Shown: one piece after another, positions 1 to 10,040 of the stretch
Numbering within the stretch: position 1 is the stretch's first letter
How the letters are laid out: the number at the start of each line of letters is the position of its first letter
NCBI GenBank assembly: GCA_965203485.1
Contig: OZ241892.1
Location: 2,048,001 to 2,112,000 of the forward strand
Length of the DNA stretch: 64,000 bases
Direction: 5' to 3'
Source: Longimicrobiales bacterium
GTDB taxonomy: Bacteria; Gemmatimonadota; Gemmatimonadetes; Longimicrobiales; Gaopeijiaceae
The notes under the pieces: model-generated
Seen by the model: only the letters and a program-made list of their open reading frames with translations
What the model was told of the DNA's origin: nothing
Database searches by the model: none
Program-made: the position numbers and the translations under genes

Positions 1-492
1 CTCGCCGGAGCGCAACACAAGTCGGGCTTGGTTGCCGCGCAGGCGCTCGATGCGCCGGACGTGGCCGAAGCGAATCGTAGACTGCGACCGCCCGTCGCCG
101 ATCTTGACGGCGTTGAGCGGATCGCCCCAGCTGCCTTCGTTGCGGTCCCAGCGCAGGAATCCGTGGCGGACGACGGGCGCCCCGCCCCGGTCGCCTGCAA
201 GGCGCACGGTGCCGAAGAGCCGGTTGGCGCCGGACTTGTGCTCGACCAGCTCGTAGCGCCGGGAGGGCGCCTCCGCGCGGCGGACGCGCGACGTGGTCAG
301 CGTCACTGTCGGCGCCCCGCTTCGGACGATGCGAACCGACACCGCCGACGGCGAGGCCGCGTCCGCCTCCACGCGCGGCCCCGCGTCCCCTCCCAGGGTC
401 AGGAACGCCGCGGTCGCGAGAACGCCCGCCAGCGCCGATCCGCCGATGACGGCGCCATTCTTCGCATCTTCTCCAGGTGTGGGGCCTCTCAT
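1..492 (-). CDS. Hypothetical membrane-anchored/secreted protein (3' end runs off the window)
   Basis: Manual translation from ATG at 492: MRGPTPGEDAKNGAVIGGSALAGVLATAAFLTLGG...RLFGTVRL...HGFLRWDRNEGSWGDPLNAVKIG...IRFGHVRRIERL; hydrophobic N-terminus, open to the window edge. Confidence 0.7.
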   Translation of the reverse strand, partial: MRGPTPGEDAKNGAVIGGSALAGVLATAAFLTLGGDAGPRVEADAASPSAVSVRIVRSGAPTVTLTTSRVRRAEAPSRRYELVEHKSGANRLFGTVRLAGDRGGAPVVRHGFLRWDRNEGSWGDPLNAVKIGDGRSQSTIRFGHVRRIERLRGNQARLVLRSGE

Positions 493-691
493 GCCAGTCT
501 CCTTGATCAAGTCGCCAATCGCTTCGTCGTCCGCTTGCCTGCCCGTCCCCTGCCCAGCGTCCCGCCCGTCCTTCGCTTATGTCCTGCACCGGCGAACCGG
601 ATTGGTTTCCGTCGGTCCCGGGCGGCCTCCATCGGCCCCGCGCCGCCGCTCGCCCCTCCATCAATCATTGACGAGACTCGCGCCGGAATGG

Positions 692-719
692 TTGCACTCG
701 TGCCGCAAACGGGTACTTT
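692..719 (+). promoter_or_regulatory. Putative sigma70 promoter for the TPR/OsmC/ligase operon
   Basis: TTGCAC-16 bp-TACTTT in an AT-richer intergenic patch upstream of 853. Confidence 0.4.
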
Positions 720-852
720 TCGTTCAAGTGCGCCGGCGGCGGCGCGCGCCGAAGGCTCCGCACGTCGGACCCGAGCCTGGAAGCCGAGCGGGCTCCGCGC
801 GGGCCCCAAGTCGACCTGGCGGAGCGGGAACACGCAACGGCTATCGTCGCTC

Positions 853-1314
853 ATGTCCATCTTCAGCAAGATCCTCGGCGGCTCCGACAAGGCGGAGCGC
901 GTCGACTACTACGAAGAAGGCGTGGCGCTGGCCCGCGACGGGAAGTTCGACGAGGCGCTGACTTCGTTTCGGCTGGCGCTCAAGGAGTCGCCCGGCGACC
1001 CGATCGTGCTTCAGCAGATCGCCATCGCCTACACGCGAACGGGCCGCGAGCAGGAAGCGATCAAGACCTACCGCCACGTCCTGACCCGCAATCCGGACTC
1101 GCCCGGCGCCCACTACGGGCTGGCATTTCTGCTGTTGCGGAGCGGCCAGGAAGATCAGGCCGTGGACCATCTGGAGTCGTTCTTGGCGCAAAGTCCCTCG
1201 GACCCGGACGCCCGCGACCACGTCGAGCATGCGCGCGCGACGCTGAGCGACATTCGAAGCAAGCAGGACGAGGACGCTGGGCAGGCGACGGAGGCGGCGC
1301 CCGGCCCGTCCTGA
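853..1314 (+). CDS. Tetratricopeptide repeat protein
   Basis: MSIFSKILGG...YYEEGVALARDGKFDEALTSF...AHYGLAFLLLRSGQEDQAVDHLE, TPR helices; the likely start is the internal ATG at 853. Confidence 0.85.
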   Translation: MSIFSKILGGSDKAERVDYYEEGVALARDGKFDEALTSFRLALKESPGDPIVLQQIAIAYTRTGREQEAIKTYRHVLTRNPDSPGAHYGLAFLLLRSGQEDQAVDHLESFLAQSPSDPDARDHVEHARATLSDIRSKQDEDAGQATEAAPGPS

Positions 1315-1333
1315 AGCCACCGACGGGAGGACA

Positions 1334-1768
1334 GTGATGAAGCCGGACAAGGAGGTCGCGCTCCGCTGGACCGGCGGGCTCTCGTTCGAGGGCGGGCCGG
1401 CGGGCGGGCCCGGCATCGTCGTGGACGGGGACTCCGAGGCCGGACCGTCGCCGATGGACTTGGCGCTGACGGCCGTGGCCGCGTGCATGGCCATCGACGT
1501 GAAGGTGATTCTGGAGAAGATGCGGACGCCGCCGAAGACGCTGGAGATCGCGGCCGAAGGCGAGCGCGTGGAGGATGCCCCGCGCCGCTTCTCGCGCGTG
1601 CGGCTCGCGTTTCGGCTCGGAGGACTCGGCGAGGCGGACCTGGAGAAGGCCGAGAGGGCCGTCGCGCTGTCGCGGGAGAAGTACTGCTCGGTGCTGTTCA
1701 CGATGAGGCCCGACCTGAAGCTGGAGACGGCCGTGGAGCTGGGCGGCGGGGCGGCCGGCGATGGCTGA
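1334..1768 (+). CDS. OsmC family protein
   Basis: GPSPMDLALTAVAACMAIDV and SREKYCSV motifs with two conserved Cys. Confidence 0.9.
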   Translation: MMKPDKEVALRWTGGLSFEGGPAGGPGIVVDGDSEAGPSPMDLALTAVAACMAIDVKVILEKMRTPPKTLEIAAEGERVEDAPRRFSRVRLAFRLGGLGEADLEKAERAVALSREKYCSVLFTMRPDLKLETAVELGGGAAGDG

Positions 1769-3662
1769 GCCCACCAGGAGCTTCGAGAACCGGGCCGACG
1801 TGCCGCGAGGAACGCTGACCGAGCTGTTCCTCGGTGCGGTCGAGCGGTTCGGCGACGAGCGGGTCTACGGCGAAACGACCTACCGCCAGGTCGAGGACGC
1901 CGCGCGGAGGGGGGCGGGCGCGCTGGCGGAGTGCGGCCTCGAGCGGGGGGCGCGAGCGGCAATCCTGTCGGAGAACCGCGTGGAGTGGGCGCTGGCCGAC
2001 TGGGCATGCCTGTGCGCGGGCGTGATCGTGGTCCCGGTCTACGACACGCTGCCGGCGTCGCAGGTGGCCTACATCCTCAAGGACTCCGGCGCCGCGCTGG
2101 TGTTCGCTTCCGGCGGGGAGCAGGTCGCGAAGGCGCGGGAAGCCGCGGCTGCGGCGGGGCGGGAAGTCAAGGTCGTCTCGTTGGGAGGGGACGGCGTGGA
2201 CGGTCGCGACGACGCGGCGGACGGCCCCGGCGGCTCCGTGCTCGCCTGGGACGACTTCCTGGCCTTGGGAGGCCCGGCCTCGCTGGAGGACTTTCGCGAA
2301 GCGGCCCGGCGCGCCCGTCCGGACGACTTGGCCACGATGATCTACACGTCGGGCACGACCGGCGCCCCCAAGGGCGCCATGCTGACGCACGACAACATCG
2401 CAGCCAACGTCTGGGCTTCGTCGCGGACGCTGCAGGTGAGGAGCGACGACAGCACGATCTCCTTCCTGCCCCTCTCGCACGTGTTGCAGAGGATGATCGA
2501 CTACCTGTTCTTCGCGTCGGGCTGCCACGTGACGCACGGGACGATCGACGCGGTGGCCGACGACATCAAGCGGCTGCGGCCGACGTTGCTGGCGTCGGTG
2601 CCGCGCCTCTACGAGAAGGTGTACCAGAAAGTGCTGGGCGCGACCGGGCTCAAGGGCGGCTTGGTGAAGTGGGCGGCGGGCGTGGGCCGCGAGGCGGCGC
2701 TGCTGGAGGAGGCGGGCGGCACGGTTCCCTCGGGGCTTCGCCTGAAGCGGGCGCTGGCCGACAAGCTCGTGTTCGCGAAGCTGCGCGAGGGCTTGGGCGG
2801 GCGTCTGCGGTTCTTCGTGAGCGGCGGGGCGGCCTTGGCGCCGGAAATCAACCGCTTCTTCCTGGGAGCCGGGATTCGCATCCTCGAGGGCTACGGCCTC
2901 ACCGAGACGTCGCCCGTCACCAACGTCAACACCTTCGACGCCTTTCGGATCGGCACAGTGGGGCGGCCCGTGCCCGGCACGGAGATCCGCATTGCCGAGG
3001 ACGGGGAGATCCTGGTGCGCGGGCCGCAGGTCATGAAGGGCTATCACGGCCTCGAAGAGCAGACCCGCGAGGTCCTCTCCGAGGACGGCTGGTTCAGCAC
3101 GGGCGACATCGGCGAGCTGAGCCGGGACGGTTTCCTGACGATCACGGACCGCAAGAAGGACCTCATCAAGACGTCGGGCGGCAAGTACGTGGCGCCGCAG
3201 GCGATCGAGAACCGCCTCAAGCAGAACCCGTTCTTCGAGCAGGCCGTCGTGGTGGGCGAGGGCCGCAAGTTCTGCTCCGTGCTGGTCGCTCCGGCGCTCG
3301 ACTACCTGGAGCAATGGGCCGCGGGAGAAGGCGTGGCCGGGCGCCGGCGGAAAGGCGGCGGCGAGGCCGCCGAAGCGGGAGCCGAAGGGGAGGCCGGCGT
3401 GGCCGCCCGGGCCAAGGCGCTGCTGGAGGTCCCGGCCTGCCAAGAGCGCCTTAGGGAGGAAGTATTCGACGCGCTGCGGAACTTGGCACGCTTCGAGACG
3501 CCGAAGAAGATCGGGTTCGTCAGCGAACCGCTGACGATCGCCAACGGAGCCCTCACGCCCACGCAGAAGGTGAAGCGCCGGGTCGTTGCAGAGCGGCACG
3601 CGGCGATGATCGCGGACTTCTACGACGAGCGGTTCGCCGGACGCACGGTCTTCGTCGCGTGA
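1761..3662 (+). CDS. Long-chain fatty acid--CoA ligase (AMP-dependent synthetase)
   Basis: IYTSGTTGAPKG AMP-binding motif, EGYGLTET, GWFSTGDIG, DRKKDLIKTSGGKYVAPQ. Confidence 0.93.
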   Translation: MAEPTRSFENRADVPRGTLTELFLGAVERFGDERVYGETTYRQVEDAARRGAGALAECGLERGARAAILSENRVEWALADWACLCAGVIVVPVYDTLPASQVAYILKDSGAALVFASGGEQVAKAREAAAAAGREVKVVSLGGDGVDGRDDAADGPGGSVLAWDDFLALGGPASLEDFREAARRARPDDLATMIYTSGTTGAPKGAMLTHDNIAANVWASSRTLQVRSDDSTISFLPLSHVLQRMIDYLFFASGCHVTHGTIDAVADDIKRLRPTLLASVPRLYEKVYQKVLGATGLKGGLVKWAAGVGREAALLEEAGGTVPSGLRLKRALADKLVFAKLREGLGGRLRFFVSGGAALAPEINRFFLGAGIRILEGYGLTETSPVTNVNTFDAFRIGTVGRPVPGTEIRIAEDGEILVRGPQVMKGYHGLEEQTREVLSEDGWFSTGDIGELSRDGFLTITDRKKDLIKTSGGKYVAPQAIENRLKQNPFFEQAVVVGEGRKFCSVLVAPALDYLEQWAAGEGVAGRRRKGGGEAAEAGAEGEAGVAARAKALLEVPACQERLREEVFDALRNLARFETPKKIGFVSEPLTIANGALTPTQKVKRRVVAERHAAMIADFYDERFAGRTVFVA

Positions 3663-4006
3663 ACGGCAACGGCGTCGCAACCGTTCTGACGACTGCGCCC
3701 ACGGAGGCGGCGGAAGCGGTCGTGCGCGCGTTGGTGGACGAGCGGCTGGCCGCGTGCGGCAACGTTCTGCCGGGCGCCGCGAGCATCTATCGCTGGAAGG
3801 GCCGGGTGCACCGCGACGACGAGGCAGTGGTCGTGCTCAAGACGGTGCGCCGCCTAGTGCCGCGGCTCTTGGAACGGGCCGCCGAGCTTCATCCGTACGA
3901 AGTGCCGGAGCTGCTGGTGCACGAGGTGGACGACGGCGGAGCGGCGTACTTGGATTGGGTGCGCCGAGAATGCGCCGGCGAGGCGGAAGCCCGGGCGCCG
4001 GCGTGA
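3659..4006 (+). CDS. cutA: Divalent-cation tolerance protein CutA
   Basis: LVDERLAACGN, SIYRWKG, HPYEVPEL motifs. Confidence 0.92.
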   Translation: MNGNGVATVLTTAPTEAAEAVVRALVDERLAACGNVLPGAASIYRWKGRVHRDDEAVVVLKTVRRLVPRLLERAAELHPYEVPELLVHEVDDGGAAYLDWVRRECAGEAEARAPA

Positions 4007-4542
4007 TTGCCAGGATCAAGTCGCTTTTCGGACGAAGCGCGCCGCCGGATCCGCCCCGCGAGGCTTCGCCGGAAGAGATGCGGCTCGCGGCATGCGCCTT
4101 GCTGCTGGAGGTGGCGTACGCGGACGACGACTTCGTCGCCAACGAGCGCCAGCACTTGGTCGACGTGGTTCGGCGGCATTTCCGCCTCAAGCCCGAAGAC
4201 GCGCACGAGCTGATCTCGGCCGCCGAGGACGAGCGCCGGGAGAGCGTGGACCTGTGGGCCTTCACGACCCTGATCCGCGAGCACTACTCGGTAGGGCAGA
4301 AAATGGTGCTGGCGGAGGCGATGTGGGGCTTGGCGCTCGTGGACGGGCGGATCGAGAACCGCGAAGACTGGGTGATGCGCAAGATCTCGGGACTGCTGGG
4401 GCTCAAGGCGGGCTACCTGTCCGAAGCCCGGCGGCGCCACGAGTCGCGCCGGCGGCCGCCGGACGAGCCGGGGGCCGAAGACGGCGCGGAGGAGGAGGAC
4501 GGCCGGGCGGCGGGGGCAGGCCGCGGCACGGCAGGCGGCTGA
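4003..4542 (+). CDS. TerB family (tellurite resistance-like) protein
   Basis: RLAACALLLEVAYADDDF...SVDLWAFTTLI...MWGLALVDG...E..MRKISGLLG; GTG start overlaps the cutA stop. Confidence 0.8.
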   Translation: MIARIKSLFGRSAPPDPPREASPEEMRLAACALLLEVAYADDDFVANERQHLVDVVRRHFRLKPEDAHELISAAEDERRESVDLWAFTTLIREHYSVGQKMVLAEAMWGLALVDGRIENREDWVMRKISGLLGLKAGYLSEARRRHESRRRPPDEPGAEDGAEEEDGRAAGAGRGTAGG

Positions 4543-4557
4543 AGGCGAACTCGCGCC

Positions 4558-4992
4558 GTGGACCTGCTGTTGCTGATCGCGACGGGCTTGGCCGCGCTTG
4601 GGCTCGGCGTCTATCTGGGATTGCCCCGCGTCGAAGGCGCGCCGGCGTGGCGGCGGGGAACGCGTTCCCTGCGCTCCGCGCCCCGGGCGAACGCGGCCGG
4701 CGAGGAAGGGGGCACGGCGGGATGCGACGCGGCAGAGCCGCCCCAGCCCGCCGCGTCGGACGAGGCTCGAGAGCAGACGGCGCAGCGGAAGAAGTTTCTG
4801 CGCCGGCGCGTCAATCCGCTGGACCTGCTCCGCCTGGACGAGCGCGGATCGGCCCGGAGGCGCGCGCGGCGGCCGTTCCAGATGTCGCCGGACCGCCCCC
4901 GCGGCTCCGCGCCCGTGGAGCCGCCGACGGGAGACGGCGCCGACCAGCGCCGGCCGCCCTGCGGTTCCGTCGAAGAACGCTCCCGCCAGTAA
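4558..4992 (+). CDS. Hypothetical protein with N-terminal TM helix
   Basis: MDLLLLIATGLAALGLGVYLGLP; co-oriented with the operon. Confidence 0.6.
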   Translation: MDLLLLIATGLAALGLGVYLGLPRVEGAPAWRRGTRSLRSAPRANAAGEEGGTAGCDAAEPPQPAASDEAREQTAQRKKFLRRRVNPLDLLRLDERGSARRRARRPFQMSPDRPRGSAPVEPPTGDGADQRRPPCGSVEERSRQ

Positions 4993-5044
4993 CGGAACTC
5001 GCCCGACGCGAGCCGCCAATCCCACAACTTGGGACTTGACGCCC

Positions 5045-6613
5045 TCAGCCCAGAACGTAGTTGACGGCCACGAGGACCAGACCGATGAACGCGCCCAGCG
5101 CGTAGCCCAGGCGGACGATGGTCCGCAGCTCCCTGTCGGTGACCCGCCGGACGAGCTCCTCCATCCGTTCCACGGGAAAGTCCAGCACCTTGTCCTCCAC
5201 CCGGCGCGCCACGTCCAGCTTGCGCGCGAGCGCGGGCACCTGAGCCTGCAACCATGTCCACAACGGGCCGCCCAGAGCACGGGGAACGTCCTCGGCGGCG
5301 CCGACGGGCAGCAAGCGGGCCGGGCGGCCGATGGGCCGGCTCGCGATCGTGCCGGCCAAGCGGACCGCGCCGTCGCGGGCGAGTCCGGAAGCGACTTCGC
5401 TGCGGGCCGCCTCGACCAGCCACGCCGCCGCTCGCTCCGGCGCGATGCCTCCCAGCAGATCGCCCCAGGTGCGTCCGGACGCGCGAGCCAAGCCCGCGCT
5501 CAGCTTCTCCATGACGAAAGCGCGCGTAGCGGAGTCGCGGACCAGTCCGATCACCCACTCGACCAGCGCTTCCTGGGCTTCGAGCGCGGCTTCGCCGTCG
5601 GGTGCCCCGAAGACCTGCGTGACGGGCCGGTCCATGAGGTCGGCGATGGCCTTGTTGATGCCGTCCGCCATGGCGGCCTGAACCGGCGGGTCGCGCAGCA
5701 TCTCGGCGATGCGGTCCGCGCCCTCGACCTGAATGGCGTCCAAGGCGCGGTTGACCGTCTCTTCGTTCATGACCAGCCGGGCGACGACGCGCTGGTGGAA
5801 CTTCAGGTCCTGCAGGAACCGGCGCAGCACTTCGTTGATGGCCTTCTCGAAGCGGCCCTTCGCCTCGGCGTCCTCGAGGATCGAGCCCAGCCGGCCCATC
5901 GCAAGCGGAAGGAAGCCCGCGACCGCGCGCTCCAGCGTGCCGGCCGCCCCCGGGGGCAGCACGTCGCGAATCGCCAGCTCCGAGTCCAGCATGCGGTCCG
6001 CGGCCCCGCGCACGTACCCCTCGACAGTGCGCCGAAAGCCGCCACCGGCCACGGCCTCGTCGATCCACGCTCCCGCTGCGGCGACCGCCCGAGCCTCGCG
6101 GTCCGGCGTGAGCGCCCCGGCGACCGGCTGCCTCGCCAAGAACGACGCCAAGTCCTGCGCCCAGCCCGCGGCGTCGCCCTCGAAGCGCTCCGACTCGACA
6201 TAGCCGCGGAGCCGCGACAGCGCGTGCTCCAGCATCTCCTCGGCAACGGGCGCGATCTCGGCGATCGCCGCCGGCCCCAGCACCTCCTGCAACGATCCCC
6301 GCTCCGTCTCCAGAACGTCGTGCCAGAAGCGGGCGAGCCGCTGGTCGAACGCTTCCCGGAACTCCGGCCGCGCGACGACGGCCGCCAAGTCGTCTTCCGT
6401 GAGCAGGCGCGTGCCCACCGTGCGCCCGATCGCCGACGCAAGCCGCGGCTGGTTCTTGGGGATGGCGCCCTGCAGAAAGCGCAACCGGCGCCGGCCGATC
6501 CTAGGGGGCGCATAGGGGTGGAACAGCATCCAGATGGCGAGCGTGTTCGTGAGGCCGCCCGCCACCGCGCCCATCGCGACCGTCAGCACGGCGCGCCAGA
6601 GGGCCTCGCTCAC
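5045..6613 (-). CDS. DUF445 family membrane protein
   Basis: GAVAGGLTNTLAIWMLFHPY, QGAIPKNQPRLA, C-terminal ELRTIVRLGYALGAFIG. Confidence 0.88.
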   Translation of the reverse strand: MSEALWRAVLTVAMGAVAGGLTNTLAIWMLFHPYAPPRIGRRRLRFLQGAIPKNQPRLASAIGRTVGTRLLTEDDLAAVVARPEFREAFDQRLARFWHDVLETERGSLQEVLGPAAIAEIAPVAEEMLEHALSRLRGYVESERFEGDAAGWAQDLASFLARQPVAGALTPDREARAVAAAGAWIDEAVAGGGFRRTVEGYVRGAADRMLDSELAIRDVLPPGAAGTLERAVAGFLPLAMGRLGSILEDAEAKGRFEKAINEVLRRFLQDLKFHQRVVARLVMNEETVNRALDAIQVEGADRIAEMLRDPPVQAAMADGINKAIADLMDRPVTQVFGAPDGEAALEAQEALVEWVIGLVRDSATRAFVMEKLSAGLARASGRTWGDLLGGIAPERAAAWLVEAARSEVASGLARDGAVRLAGTIASRPIGRPARLLPVGAAEDVPRALGGPLWTWLQAQVPALARKLDVARRVEDKVLDFPVERMEELVRRVTDRELRTIVRLGYALGAFIGLVLVAVNYVLG

Positions 6614-6629
6614 GCGGCGCGGCTCCGCG

Positions 6630-7598
6630 TCATCGCTGGAGGTGGCGCACGAAGCCCGTCACGGGGATGCTGTCGCCGGCCGCCACGACCACGCCCTCGA
6701 CCTCGTACACGGCGACCACCGGGAGAACCGCTCCTTCGCCGTCCACCGCCCCGACGTGCGAACTCGCCGACCGGAACTCGCCCGCGAGACCGTCTCCCGA
6801 CCGGAAGCGCCACAGCACGGGAACGTCGCGGCGCGCCCGCTCGAAGCTTCGCGTCTCCGACCATTCGACCTCCGTGTCCGGCCACGATCCGTCGGCGCCG
6901 TCCGCGAACGTCCAGCTCCGGTAGCGGCCGCGGCGGCCGGGGCCGGCGAGGACCAGCGCAAAGCCGCCCGTCCCCGTCAGGATGCCCCACTCGCCCGCCA
7001 GCTCCTCCGCCGACTCGGCCGCCGCCGAGACGTCGATCGCCAAGCCGGGCGTCTCGCGTCCGCCCAACGCCGCCGACGCGCGCGACAACTGAAAGGAGCT
7101 CGCGCCGGGGCCGCTCCACTCGGCGAGCGCGCCGCCCAAGCGAACCGATACGCCGCGCCCTCCTCCCTCGTAGTACACCTCGCGGACCACGTCCTCCTCG
7201 CCCACCACGAGGCGCACCGGGCCGCGTGGAACGATGCGCCAAGGGGCGCGGCTGGGACCGGCGGCCCAGCGCTCCTCGATGAACTGGGCCCAGTCGCCTT
7301 CCCGGCCCAGCCAGCCCCGAACCGTCCGCTGGACGCTGTCGGGACCCGTCAACGTCTCGAAGTCCCAGGCGGCGTACATGGAAGGGCTGCCGCTCCCGCC
7401 CACGAAGGCGATCGTGCGCTGGTACGCCGCCGCGCCGACCACGACGGCGGGCGCCCCGGAGCCGCGGGCCGCGGTCCCCGCCGGCGCCCTCCCGGCAGGC
7501 CCGTCGCCCGGCGCGTCTCCGAAGCACGCCGCCAAGGCGGCCGCCAACGCCGCCGCCGCCATTCCGACGCCGGGAGGACGGATCGAGCGCTCCACCAT
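6630..7598 (-). CDS. Hypothetical lipoprotein
   Basis: MVERSIRPPGVGMAAAALAAALAAC lipobox followed by Trp-rich beta-strand-like sequence; start uncertain. Confidence 0.7.
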   Translation of the reverse strand: MVERSIRPPGVGMAAAALAAALAACFGDAPGDGPAGRAPAGTAARGSGAPAVVVGAAAYQRTIAFVGGSGSPSMYAAWDFETLTGPDSVQRTVRGWLGREGDWAQFIEERWAAGPSRAPWRIVPRGPVRLVVGEEDVVREVYYEGGGRGVSVRLGGALAEWSGPGASSFQLSRASAALGGRETPGLAIDVSAAAESAEELAGEWGILTGTGGFALVLAGPGRRGRYRSWTFADGADGSWPDTEVEWSETRSFERARRDVPVLWRFRSGDGLAGEFRSASSHVGAVDGEGAVLPVVAVYEVEGVVVAAGDSIPVTGFVRHLQR

Positions 7599-7733
7599 CA
7601 GGACGATTCCCGCCTCTCTTCCTGCGACAAGGACTTGGACCGCCGCGTCCGCCGCCCGATACTGGACATGGATGATTCCCCGGCCTGCCGCAACGGCCAA
7701 CCCGCCAAAATAGCGTAGCCCCGAGAACCCGCC

Positions 7734-8753
7734 ATGAAAGCCGTCATTCCTCTCGCCGGAAGGGGGACGCGCCTCCGTCCCCACACGCACCACGTGCCCA
7801 AGCCCCTGCTCAAGGCGGCGGGCAAGCCGGTGCTCGACTACCTCGTCGAAAGCCTGCTGGCGGCAGGCATGGAGGAGGCCGTGTTCGTCGTCGGCCACCT
7901 GCGCGACGCGATTCGCTCGCACGTGTCCGCGCGCTTCCCCGCGCTGGCGGCCCGCTACGTGGTCCAGGAAGTGCAGGACGGGACGGCCGGGGCCGTCGCC
8001 TTGGCCGAGCCCTGGATCGGCGGCGAACTGTTCGTGGTGTTCGCCGACGCCGTCTACGAAGCGGACTTGCGCTCGCCGCCCGAACGCGAACGCGACGCCG
8101 GCGCCGTCGTCTGGGCGGCGGAAGTGGAGGACTACCAGCGCTACGGGGTCATCGTCACGGACGCCAAGGGCGACATGACGCGCATCGTCGAGAAGCCGAG
8201 CGACCCGGTGTCGAGGCTGGCCAACATCGGCCTCTACTACGTGCGCGACCATGCTCTGTTCTTCGAGGGGATTCGACGGACGCTGGCCGCGCCGCCCGGG
8301 CCTGCGGGCGAGTACTTCCTCACGGACGCGTTCCAGTACATGGTCGACGCGGGCTCGCGGATCGCCACGGCGGCCGCCGACGGGTGGCACGACACGGGCA
8401 AGGTCGGCACGTTGCTGGCCACGAGCCGCCATCTGCTGGCCGCCGGGCGCGGCGGGGTCGCCGCGAGCGCGACGGTCGCCGGGTCGGAGGTCTCGCCGCT
8501 GGCCCGGATCGAGGACGGCGCGACGGTGGTTCGGTCGCGCATCGGCGAGAACGCGACCGTGGAGGCGGGCGCGCGCATCGAAGACGCGAGTCTGGAGGAC
8601 GCGATCGTGGGGGCCGGCGCGGTGGTGGTCCGCAGCGCGCTGCGCCGCTCCGTCGTGGGCGAGCGGGCGGTGGTCCGCGGTCTCCGGGGATCCTTGCTGG
8701 TGGCCGCCGACTCCGAAGTGCTTTGCGGCGAGAAGGACGGGAAGCCACTATAG
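7734..8753 (+). CDS. Sugar-phosphate nucleotidyltransferase (glucose-1-phosphate thymidylyltransferase-like) with hexapeptide tail
   Basis: MKAVIPLAGRGTRLRPHT...PKPLL, IVEKP, C-terminal left-handed beta-helix repeats. Confidence 0.9.
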   Translation: MKAVIPLAGRGTRLRPHTHHVPKPLLKAAGKPVLDYLVESLLAAGMEEAVFVVGHLRDAIRSHVSARFPALAARYVVQEVQDGTAGAVALAEPWIGGELFVVFADAVYEADLRSPPERERDAGAVVWAAEVEDYQRYGVIVTDAKGDMTRIVEKPSDPVSRLANIGLYYVRDHALFFEGIRRTLAAPPGPAGEYFLTDAFQYMVDAGSRIATAAADGWHDTGKVGTLLATSRHLLAAGRGGVAASATVAGSEVSPLARIEDGATVVRSRIGENATVEAGARIEDASLEDAIVGAGAVVVRSALRRSVVGERAVVRGLRGSLLVAADSEVLCGEKDGKPL

Positions 8754-8792
8754 GGCGAAGCGGCAGGCGCCCAGACCCGAAACGGAGCGGCG

Positions 8793-10040
8793 ATGGACCT
8801 CGGACGACTGATCCACGATTGGAACGTCGAGGGACTCGACCAGCTGGGCTGGAAGCGCCCGGTGGAGCTGTCCGACGAGACGCTCCGGGACGGACTGCAA
8901 TCGCCGTCGGTCGTGGACCCGCCGGTCGCCGCCAAGGTCGAGCTCGTGCACATCATGGACGAGCTGGGCATTCACGCCGCCGACGTCGGCCTGCCGGGCG
9001 CCGGGCCCCGCGCCGTCGCCGACATCACGCGCATCTGCAGAGAGGTCCGCGACGCCGGCCTGTCGTTGCGCCCCAACTGCGCGGCCCGCACGGCGTTGGC
9101 CGACGTGGAGCCGGCGGCCCGCATCATGCAAGGGACGGGCGTGCCGCTGGAAGTCTGCACCTTCATCGGCAGCTCGCCGATCCGGGTGTTCGCGGAGGGA
9201 TGGACGACCGACCGCATGCTCCGCCACGCAGAGGAGGCCGTCTGCTTCTGCGTGCGCGAGGGCATCGACGTGACCTTCGTCACCGAGGACACGACGCGCG
9301 CCGACCACGAGATGCTCAAGACGCTGTACGGCCACGCTATCCGTTGGGGCGCGCGGCGCATCTGCCTCTCGGACACCGTGGGCCACGCCACGCCGCACGG
9401 GACGCGGGCGCTGGTGGCGTTCGCGCGGCGGGAGATCGTCGAGCCGTCCGGAGAAGACGTCAAGATCGACTGGCACGGCCACCGAGACCGGGGGCTGGGC
9501 ATCGCCAACGCGCTCGCGGCCATCGAAGCCGGCGCGGACCGAATCCACGCGACCGCGCTGGGCATCGGCGAGCGCGTAGGCAACGTGGAAATGGACCTGC
9601 TGCTCGTGAACTTGAGCTTGGCGGGCGTGCACGAGGCCGATCTGACGCGCCTTGCCGAATACTGCGAGCTGGTGGCCCGGGAGTGCGGCGTGCCGATCCC
9701 GCCCAACTACCCGGTCCTGGGCGCGGACGCCTTTCGCACGGCGACCGGCGTGCACGCCGCCGCGATCGTCAAGGCCCAAGCGAAGGGCGCGCACTGGCTG
9801 GCGGACCGCGTGTACTCGGCGGTGCCCGCTTCCGTCGTGGGCCGGCGCCAGGTCATCGAGATCGGCCCGATGTCGGGAATCTCGAACGTCAAGCACTGGC
9901 TGGCGGAGCGTGGGTACGACGCCGACGACGAACTCCTCTGCCAAGCGGTCTTCGAGCGGGCGAAGTCGGTGAACCACACGCTGTCGGAGGACGAGGTGCT
10001 GGCCGTGATCGCCGGAGCGAAGGGGCGGCGGACCGGCTGA
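8793..10040 (+). CDS. LeuA/DRE-TIM family synthase (2-isopropylmalate/homocitrate synthase-like, no regulatory domain)
   Basis: DETLRDGLQ, SDTVG, WHGHRDRGLG, GIGERVGN, TATGVHAAA, IGPMSG. Confidence 0.85.
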   Translation: MDLGRLIHDWNVEGLDQLGWKRPVELSDETLRDGLQSPSVVDPPVAAKVELVHIMDELGIHAADVGLPGAGPRAVADITRICREVRDAGLSLRPNCAARTALADVEPAARIMQGTGVPLEVCTFIGSSPIRVFAEGWTTDRMLRHAEEAVCFCVREGIDVTFVTEDTTRADHEMLKTLYGHAIRWGARRICLSDTVGHATPHGTRALVAFARREIVEPSGEDVKIDWHGHRDRGLGIANALAAIEAGADRIHATALGIGERVGNVEMDLLLVNLSLAGVHEADLTRLAEYCELVARECGVPIPPNYPVLGADAFRTATGVHAAAIVKAQAKGAHWLADRVYSAVPASVVGRRQVIEIGPMSGISNVKHWLAERGYDADDELLCQAVFERAKSVNHTLSEDEVLAVIAGAKGRRTG